Shown here: positions 54,415-64,000 of the stretch, one piece after another
Numbering within the stretch: the first letter of the stretch is position 1
How the letters are laid out: every line of letters begins with the position of its first letter
NCBI GenBank assembly: GCA_903813345.2
Contig: CAIIXF020000001.1
Coordinates: 31,124,001-31,188,000, forward strand
Direction of reading: 5' to 3'
Source of the DNA: Owenia fusiformis
Taxonomy: Eukaryota
Length of the DNA stretch: 64,000 bases
Made by a program: the position numbers and the translations under genes
Notes under the pieces: generated by a model
Databases searched by the model: none
Told to the model about the DNA's origin: nothing
The model's input: only the letters and a program-made list of their open reading frames with translations

Positions 54415-54498
54415 ACATTTTTAATTCAAAGTGCTTTGAGAGATGGCAGCACTTAATTTAAAGTTTTCCCCATTACCCGAGCCATGTAGAACATACTC

Positions 54499-54776
54499 CA
54501 CTGGCGGATCTGGGGGGGGGGGGGCGCCCCCCCCTTCGATGGGCCCAGAAGAAAAAAATTGGGCCTAAAAAGAATTTTGGGCAAAAAAAGGCCTTCAGAA
54601 GGCCTCATTTTTTAATTTCAGGCCAAATTTTGAAGAAAATGGGCCTCAAATTTTCCAAATTTAGGCCTTCTTTTGGGTTCTATGGGGCCCAAAATGTTTT
54701 CCTCGCAAGCAAGGAAAACTTTTTTCTCTCACCTAAAATTTGGGCCCCCCCTTGTTGGTTCCCAGATCCGCCCCTG
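54499..54776. mobile_element. GC-rich-ended MITE (hAT-like)
   Basis: CACTGGCGGATCTGGG ... CCCAGATCCGCCCCTG inverted ends; no clear TSD. Confidence 0.55.
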
Positions 54777-57211
54777 AAGACAATCTATCGTCTATGTCAA
54801 TAATCTGCAAAAGGCTAATAAGCCCATAAGTCCCATATAAAGCAGATTTATAATTTGACAGTGATAATAGAATTTGAATAGCATATGTATAGGATATCCT
54901 ATGATTTTGAGGGATATAATTTTTATCCACGAGTTGATATCAATATCTGGATGAGGGAGCGTAGCGAATGAGTATTAACATAATATCACGAAAAAATCAT
55001 AGGATGTTCTAATTATCCCATAGTTGAGGTTAAATCATCCCATAGTTCACCTTCCAAAGCATTTCACAACCAGTTTTTATTTGTCTGAACTTTAGTCAAA
55101 ACATTAATCATTTCCATATTTGTGACGTCATGAAATCACCATGTTAGCATATAACATGTTACAATGCACGTCACATTGACGGGAGTTTTCAAATCCGTGG
55201 AAAAAAGTGATATCTGTGGAATTACTGGAATATTCTCCATATTCCACAGATATCGCTTTTTCCACGCATTTGCAAAATATCATAAATATATATACGTGTT
55301 ATTCTACAGATTTGACCCCAACTATGGGATAAATAGAGGATATCCTATGATTTACTTGTGATATGATTTTTATCCACGAATGGATATGATATCTGCACGA
55401 GCGAGCAGATATCAACCCAGATATCAAAGCCCATGATCATAGTAGTCTTCAGTACAGTTAGTACCAACTGCACAAAGTCTGATATGTTCTTTTTTTCACG
55501 AAGAAGGACCTTTAAGTGCAATACTGCTTCATAGATAACTTTTTGACATCTCTTAGCATACACATGACAGATTGATGAGGGACATGTCATGCCATAAAAG
55601 AAATAGAAACATTAATAATTATTTTTAATTTTCTTTATTTTAAATGTACAAAGCTAAATACGTTTTAGTTAGAAAGAACAAATTTAACATACAATGTAAA
55701 TGCTATAAATGAACTTTCATTTCACTGAATATTATGGCAACAGGATTCCTTGGATTACCTAAATCTTCTACAGATCACCATGTTGTTCTATAATACAATT
55801 CTGATAGATTACCATAGTATTCTACATATAACCGTTCTACAACTGAAATGTTGTTTTTCATAGATTACAATAGTAATCTGTAGAATACCAAACTGTTGTT
55901 TTGTATAGATTAATTAGGGTTGTTTTTCACATAACCCAATTTAAATCAAAAAAACAAAACAATTTTAACACAATGAACAAAATTCAATGAGCCAATTTTT
56001 GCAAGACATGCATAAGCACCCATCTATGACATTTTTCACACATGTTTTTGATTATTGCAGGTATTCAATAACTTTTTCAAAATAATGCAATATACATATG
56101 AACTATTAAAAATATCTGAAATTCTGTTGGCCAATTGCACATGTGAAAACAATAAGGGGATTCCAAATTAAAAATACATTTTAAAACAACAATCAACTTT
56201 CCAAAAATATACTCTACTATATAATTAAATACATTCATAATATATGAAATCATTTCCACAAAACATGTGTTAAGACACACTTTTAGTTTCACTTTGAAAA
56301 GTTTGACTGCCTAATTCAAATAAACTAGTCAGTGTAGCCTTGCCCAAGTCGGTATTTTTTTTTACTTATCTGAATCAAGATAAGTATAATAAAAGACACC
56401 GACTTGGGCAAGGCTATAGTCAGTGGTGCATCTGAGTAGGCCTTTGTTTCCCTTACAGACCAGATTTTGTTTTCTGCATATTTAATCAAAGGCAGAATAG
56501 AATCAGATCTATGGAGAGTTACAACATTACAAGCAATATGTACAGTTGACGTCCGATATATTCCTAACAATGTCAAATATAATATCTCCCAAAAGATCCA
56601 TGATATGTTAAAAATTGGTGAATTTATTAAAAGTGCAAAAATGGGGAAAGCTTTTAAAATTCTCCCAAATAGCCTAATAAAAATGGCAACCATATTTATA
56701 ATTTTTGTCAAGAGTACTCTTCAGGATCTTACTAGATCTGATTCTGCCTTCAAGATTTCTAATCAAATATACATGTTATGGACACTTTAGATGCAGAAAT
56801 TTCCATTCATTAAAACTGAGGAAGGAGATGTCCATATATTCAATTTCTTTGATAAATTGCTTTAAAAATTGAAGGATGGTCGATCTTGAAATAATGTCAG
56901 AACTACAGTATGGAAAATGGCCATGACATAACCCTTCTTCAAGTGTGTCTACATTAGATACAATTTACAGTAAAAACAATGAATTCATTCTACATCAAAA
57001 ATTCAATTATTTTAACTCCATGAAGTGAAGTATTTGAGCATGGTCTTTCAAAAGCCCATGATTTTACAAAATTCAGTCACAGACTAGATATTCTTTATTA
57101 TTTCCAGTACACATGATTAATGAACACAGCTATTGACAGCTAGATGCAGTCATAGTATATTATATTTCATGTGTAACAACTTAAAGTTTGCTTGTTCAAG
57201 GTACATGGGAA

Positions 57212-60200
57212 TCAGTCTACAGCATGAGCACGTGACTCGACAAATCGTCTATAAATAATGCTTATATATATTGCTAACAAAAGCAAGATGAAGAAATCAT
57301 CAAGAAATCCTAATATTCCAAACATGGCTTCTGGTATTATATCCAATGGAGATAGAAAATATACTAAGGCTAGAAAAAAGCAGACAATAATTCGAAGTCT
57401 GAACATCCATATTAGTCCTCCAACTGAGAAAAATTCTGTAAATGCATGTCGCAGCAAAGTAGGCAGATCTCTTAAATAGTCCATCAACTGAAAATAAAAA
57501 TGAAAGTACAAATAATGGAAGTACACGTATTTGTGTTCTCATTACATGTATTCAAATATGTACATATGAACCGTTGTATTTGAAATCAAACTTACACAAG
57601 GACTGCCTAATAAATTAATCTCCCATCTTCAAAATAGATGTGAATTCATTACTAAATGCAACAGAAGAAATTGAGATTGTTAACCTGGGTTGTTAACAAT
57701 GAATACATCGCATATGACAATCGGAGGTCAACTTATAGACAATGTTTGATATCACATGGCTATTTTTGGTTCCCTATACTGCTCTGATTCAAATTTCTTC
57801 AAATATAAATTCTAACTGGCCTAGTTCTCTACATCTAATGCATGATGACAATGATGTGAGGTGCGACAATAGGTTCTGTCCGGTTCCTCTAAAGATCAAT
57901 GATAGGGAAAGGGCACTGCTGTCAGTTTACTTACATCTCTAGGTTCTCCAGAAAATCTTCTATTGTATAAGTTTATTTCTCGCATCACTTCATTCTTTTC
58001 CTCTGACTCACTATTCCTTTCACCATCAGTAAAATGGAATAGCAGGAGAGACACCTAAACATAAGAAAAAGCTAAATGTGACATTAGGCCCCTACGAGAT
58101 AATTGTCTGTTAGGTTAAATCATGGACTTGAAGAAACAGATTCACCCTTGGTATACGCAGCTAACGAAAATTGACTGGTACGGGTCAAAAGCTGGACCGG
58201 TACGGGTTAACGGTTTTATTTGAATTTAAAACAGCCATAACTTGCTCAATATTGTCTTCCTCGTGTCTAATTTGAAATATATGATGCCTCTCGATGCTTT
58301 CAAGTACCCCAATTCTTTACAGATTTTTAAACGGACCAAAACTCTCTAAATGCGCATTTATGCTCTTTTCTCTCGAGAATGACTGTCTCATTTTCACGAT
58401 AACTTTTATTTAGTACTTCTAACATATAGGATCTATTTTTCCCCATCAAAGTATGATGTAAATGACATGCTATTTACATCTTGTGAGTTTCAATGACGCG
58501 CGTTTGATTTTATAAAAATGCCAAACTTTGTGACAGAATTTCCTCCAGAATTTCCTCCTGCTTGCAGCGAGAAGACGGACCGGTTCGGGGCAATCTGCTT
58601 GCAGCGAGAAGACGGACCGGTTCGGGGCAATAGCTGATGAAATTCTTTGTCACAAAGTTTGGCATTTTTTATAAAATCAAACGCGCGTCATTGAAACTCA
58701 CAAGATGTAAATAGCATGTCATTGGTTGTGTATGAGGTTTTCACAATATTTACCCTGCGTGCAGAGTCTAGTTAAACTACACTCTGCCTAGTAGAGACCA
58801 TATTACAGTTTAGCAGCCCCGCCCCCACGACGGGTACCGGTGACAGTTTGGGTAATAAATCACTTTTGACCTACGCGCTGACCTTTCTTTCACCAATCAC
58901 CGAGCTTGAAGAAACATACGCCAAATGTGGTATAATTAAATATGCGCATGTCATTGGTCAATTCTGGGCTCAACGATGACGTCAGAAGGAATGACCATAT
59001 ATAGAACGTCGGTCAAATTTGGCCGACGAACACTGATTGGCGCGGTGAGTTCACAGGTTTATTTTAGTTTGAAAGAGTGAAGACGAAGCTCTCTTTTAAG
59101 AAGTGAAGTCAAACGAATGCAAAGGGTACACAATATTAGTATGTTACTATTAAATGAATGGGTCAGATTGATTTTGTTTGCCATAGTTTTTTACCATGTA
59201 CTTTTTACCATTTTATAATAAACATGTGTACTAGCAATTTGTAAGGGCCTTATTTGTATTTACTGTATAATTAATAATGTTTTTTATTAGCTGAGTATTT
59301 TTGAAGTCCTTGATGATAAACAAAATATGATTTGATTCATGTCAAATAGCACCCAAACAATAATCTGTTTAATTTGACCTTGAATCTTCACCATAATACT
59401 GATACCAAATGACTAAATAGTCTGCTTAGTACATGCATGTCAGTGTTCTAACCAGATTTTTCTCATCTGAACTAGTAAAGAGTGACTTCATAAAGAAGTA
59501 AATCCACATGAACAAACTATGATTCCCTGAACCATAATCTTTTATAATGCTGAAATATGTCATGATACAATTTTTTTTTCAAGAATAATGTCAAACTGAA
59601 TATACATGTACCAATTAGAAGTAATAAAGCCATTCATTGTATATATGCACATATCCAATAATCCAAAACTTCCCACACAGAGGTACAGTAAGGTGGCCAT
59701 TTGGATTTTTAAATGCAAATATTAAAAGGTGATAACGTTTTTTTACCTACACTTAAATATCTTTATTTTGTAAAATATTTACGCTTTTTTCCACAAAATG
59801 TAAAGAATATCTGTCTCCTAATTTAACACTTATTCCCCAGACAGACTGAAAAACAGACAGATGGCTTTGCTATTATCCATATCAAGCTTAATGTCCCCAT
59901 ATAAAGTTTAAACCACTTTGGCTTATATTGTCGTCTTACCCAATGTTATCAAAGTGTACTATGTGAAACTTTTTTTTTATTTCAAAAAGTGTTTTTTGAT
60001 AGACTTTTTGTTCAAAAAATTGTGAATTTATTTAAAACTAACTTCTAGAGGTCACACATATCTTTTAATTAGCCACAATTCATACCAATACATAGCATAA
60101 ATCCTCACATGTTTTTTGCCGAAAAAATTAAGAAAATAGGTTCATAAATAAGCGAGAAATGAACTCATCAATCCATGAAAATGGTTCAGAGAAAAATGCA

Positions 60201-62199
60201 TTTCAAAATTTTAGTTCTCATAGAAACCAGTCGTACAATAATATCTAAAACATAATATATTCTTCCTTTTAACCTGGTTAGACATTCAACATTGGTTTAT
60301 TATTTTATTGAAGTCTAGCATATTTAGAAAAGATTGACATGGAAAAAAAGGTTTTTGCCACCTGAGTCACTAATGTTGCAAAATATTTTTGATGTGCTTA
60401 AACATTGAAGTGGCCCATTAAATATGGCATTTTATTATTATTTGTTCAATCTTTGCATTGGTGTTAAAAAGATAATCTTTTTTGAAATGCATTAATTAAG
60501 AAATATTTGAGGATTAAAAAATTTCAACTTTTTTTGAAAAAATGGCGGGAAATTTGAATATTTGAGAAATGAAATGCTCACAGCTTTTTTTTCAAAAAAA
60601 TTCTTTTTTCAAAAATCTCTAAAATAACTTTTTAAGTCATGACAAATAGTAAATGAATGATAAAAAAATATTTTCAAACTTTAGACGGGGACAAAGTATT
60701 AGTAATGATGCCTATGTTCCCGTGGTTGCATATTAATCTTTCATTTCTCATAACAGGTACAGAGCTCAGTTGTTGAGTTTTCAGAGACTTACCTGCTGTC
60801 TACAAACAGGACAGGCTACAGCACCTAACCAGGTTCCATGCTGCCAATATGTGATTATACATTGGCCTGAAAGTAAATTAATTACAAATGCAGGCAAATC
60901 TTTTAAGAAGTGAAGTCAAACGAATGCAAAGGGTAGCAAATATGTGATATTATAAAATTACATGTTCATTAATTGCTTATATAGGCTTCAGATGTTTTTA
61001 AGCAATGGTTTGTAGTTTGCAAAAATAGACAAAATCAGGCCATTAGTATTTGAACTAGAAATGGGTAACTCCATGGAGTAGCAAATCCCAACAAACACTA
61101 TATAAATCGTGAATCTGTAGTGTACAGTCACAATGTAATATTTAACATAAGTACTTGAGATTATTATAATATCATGTAACCATACTTTAAAGATATATCT
61201 AAGTAATGGCGAATTCCTGCTCTAGGCAGCTATTTCCGAGGCACAAATCAGAAAAACAATACCATAATAATTATTGTGATCTACTCTAAAATTCCTTCAA
61301 TTTGAGTATAATATAGCTATACTTCTAAGAGATCAGAAAATTATTGCAAAATCCCACATTAGTTGGCCATTTTGAATTTTACGAGGTCCAAATCAGAAAA
61401 ATGATACAATATTTGCTATCTACTCTAAATTGTCTTGCATTTGAGTATAATAAAGTTATACTTCAAAAACATCTCAAAATTAATGCAAATATCTGCTTTG
61501 CCAAGAGTGAATTCACAACCCCAGGGGGTCAGGGTGAAAAACACTGAATATATGTGAAATAGACAGATGTTGTGAATATACTACCAAAATTCCAAATAGT
61601 AATTAATATTTATTACTTTGGTTTAAAATGAAAAACATAAGATTTTTGCGAAAAATTCCCACCATTTTAAAGTGGTGGCCATCTTGAAATATTTTTTGCG
61701 GAAAACCATTCACTAATATATACATCTTTCCACCAAATATGAAGAAAATCCATCAACTAGTATTCGCGTTATCTTCCAGATGGACGTAGGGCTTCACTAG
61801 TACAGTATATCTCTATCACTAGCATATCCCTAACAAAAATTTGTTTGGATAACTATCACCCCTCACAGACAGTTGGATGGACAGACGGAGAGACAAACAG
61901 ACAGCCAGCAGTCTAGGCTTTTTTAATCCCTTAAACTTTATTTGATGGCATGAACATATAATTAATATAAGAGTTACTCACCACAAAATATGTGACCACA
62001 ATTTGTCTCAATAGCAAAGAGTGCATCTCCCAAACAAATTGGGCAAGTGATAACCGCTTCCCTTCTTTCACTATGTCTTGAACCAGAATTCTGCATGTGA
62101 GGTGCATTACCATTTTGTGTGTTCCCAAGTCTCTCTCTTGTGTTATTAACATCTGCTTCACTTGCAGGATGAATTCTATGTTGAATATCTTGTGTTGAT
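57212..62199 (-). CDS. RNF170: E3 ubiquitin ligase RNF170, 3' part (first coding exon(s) beyond window)
   Basis: Exons 61982-62199 (..[22 protein letters not shown]), 60793-60866 ([24 protein letters not shown]), 57935-58054 ([10 protein letters not shown]), 57212-57487 ([35 protein letters not shown]). C3HC4 RING plus DUF1232-type C-terminus. Confidence 0.95.
58461..58723. repeat. Near-perfect hairpin (~80-bp arms) enclosing a ~37-bp tandem duplication
   Basis: AATGACATGCTATTTACATCTTGTGAG..GACAGAATTTC vs its complement at 58638-58723; loop holds TGCTTGCAGCGAGAAGACGGACCGGTTCGGGGCAAT twice. Confidence 0.85.
61052..61852 (+). mobile_element. Helentron/HINE-like element, diverged copy of 49016-50233
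   Basis: Shared start (AACTAG..CTCCATGGAGTAGCAAATCCCAAC), body and 3' end (TTTGTTTGGATAA). Confidence 0.75.
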
Positions 62200-62223
62200 C
62201 TGGAATTGTATAACTACATGTAA

Positions 62224-63590
62224 ACAACAGCAACGCTAAAGCGTAGCAAATAACATCGAACAGCCATGGTTGGCATTTTTACAAACGAAGAACATGTATA
62301 TTGCAAAAATTGTAAAATAACGCACAAAAATGGCCACCATTTTCAAAATAGTTGTTCACTATAGCCGAATTGTCATCAGAAAGTGTAATATGCTTCTAAG
62401 TAGGCATTTATAAAATTTAAATAAAATCGCACACGTACATGAAAATGGTGGCCATTTTTCAAAATGGCCGCCTACTTGACAAAATGTCATAAGACAGTGT
62501 GCCCTGCTTATAGTATTCACATATAAAATATGAACAAAATTGCTCAACTACTTTTCTAGTTATAGTAAAAAACGTAAAAATGACAGTGTGCTACTCAAAT
62601 ATGAAAAAAATCGTTCTATTACTTTTTGAGCTATACTTATAGTATTCAAATACCAAATATGAACAAAATCGCACCACTACTTTTCGAGTTATAGTAAAAA
62701 ATGTTAAAATGGCGGCCATTTTTCAAAATGGCCGCCTTCTACCAAAATGGTCATGAGACAGTGTGCCATCGAAGCTTATAGTATTCACATATTAAATATG
62801 AACAAAATCGCTTCAGTAGTATTCAAGTTACAGCAAAAATCGTAAAATAGCGTGTAAAGGCTGCCATTTTTCAAGATGGCTGCCATGTGCTTCTTCGATA
62901 TATATTTCTTGCTTAATTAAGTTCCTATAAATTTTTTACATTTAAAACATATTGCTATTACAGTTTTACAGATTGTACCTAAATTAATGTAAAATCAGCA
63001 CTAAAATGGCCACCATTTTAAAATGAGTGGCCATTTTAAAATTCAGCTTTCAAGCAGAACTTCTACCCCCATAGGGTATATGTGTACCAAATATGAACAA
63101 AATTGAGTTATTGCCCAGATGGACGGACGTACGGAAGGACAAATGTACGGACGAATGAACAGACAGAGTGATGGACGGATGGATGGATGGACGGAGGTTA
63201 CTCGAGTCTCTAGCTTACAGCTAGACGTAACTTCATTGATTTCGTATGTACTCTAGAGTTTGACACATGGTGAAATTTTCTCGCTGTAGCTAAAAATGGC
63301 TTCCGGTTCTGGACGTGAATAAAATTTGAAATTATTCTCGCTTAAGAAATCAAATATAACAATAGATTCAGACGGGGATGTGAGCTGATGTTCTTCAAAT
63401 CTATACATAAAGGTATATTTCATATTATTATGCCATATTTACTGTGCGTGTGACACAATGATTTACAATATTTATTATACTAAGGCAGCTCAATCTTCCT
63501 CCTCAAAGCCGGAACATAGAGAAGGCTTTGGACCGAAGTAAGACGGAGGCGTTCCCTATATCCCTGCGAACTTTGTTTGATGGGATAATA
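62224..63590 (+). mobile_element. HINE-like element(s) with tandem subrepeats and GGAC/GGAT microsatellite
   Basis: Repeated AAAATGG(C/T)GGCCATTTTTCAAAATGGCCGCC and AAATATGAACAAAAT units; (GGAC/GGAT)n at 63120-63195; 3' TATATCCCTGCGAACTTTGTTTGATGGGATAA. Confidence 0.55.
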
Positions 63591-64000
63591 ATTGAATAAT
63601 GTATAAGTCCATAGACCAGATTATTCTATCTCTGTTCTCAAAGTAGAATATGAGCTCATACAATCGATCTATATCTGTTGTAATTCATTTGTTATTAATT
63701 GAGACTGAGACAGTTTGAGAGCAAAGTTTCACTAAAGGGGGCCCACTAAAGATTTTCTCAATTTCGCTGGTGCCAATTGAACAGATACAATTAAATGACG
63801 CTGAAGTAAGTATTTTTCAAATATGGTAGACCCGTTGATTGTAATCCTTGACAAAACAGTGCAATATCTCATTTGTCACTTCGATTCGGATACAATTACA
63901 TGTCGTAATCGTGCAATATCAGTGGATATACTATACATACAACACTGTTACTTTCCCATTGACTTCCAAACAAATGATTCGTTAGGTATGTATGTAGCGA

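Noticed and set aside
56077..56790. Overlapping 71-128-aa ORFs downstream of RNF170
   Set aside because: No recognisable motifs or splice structure; probably 3' UTR.
1..64000. tRNA, rRNA, snoRNA, hammerhead ribozyme, U12 introns, Sec recoding
   Set aside because: None recognised by eye; all assembled introns are GT-AG with no in-frame TGA. An Infernal/tRNAscan run would be needed to exclude ncRNAs.

Overview
AT-rich, intron-rich animal genomic DNA, probably a marine invertebrate (lophotrochozoan-like; inference). I assembled six spliced genes by hand from GT-AG boundaries and frame continuity: the 3' end of an MS4A/CD20-like tetraspan gene (+); complete MRPS22 (-, 8 coding exons); CFAP107/C1orf158 (+, 3 exons), head-to-head with MRPS22 across an RFX X-box promoter; a Sidestep/nephrin-like receptor (5 Ig + FN3 + TM, -) with a 37-aa tandem-repeat cytoplasmic tail; complete TMEM59 (-, 6 exons); and the 3' four exons of RNF170 (-). 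Non-coding DNA is dense in non-autonomous transposons: two multi-kb Academ-like foldback elements (TAG termini, 3-bp TSD), a nested stack of TTAA-targeting Kolobok-like elements, Helentron/HINE-like elements, Tc1/mariner MITEs and MULE-like MITEs near promoters. The most unusual item is a ~1.2-kb insertion in TMEM59 intron 3. It has a 14-bp TSD, AATAAA plus an A-tail, and an intronless 244-aa orphan ORF with no RT or transposase motifs. All calls come from reading the sequence; no database searches were run.
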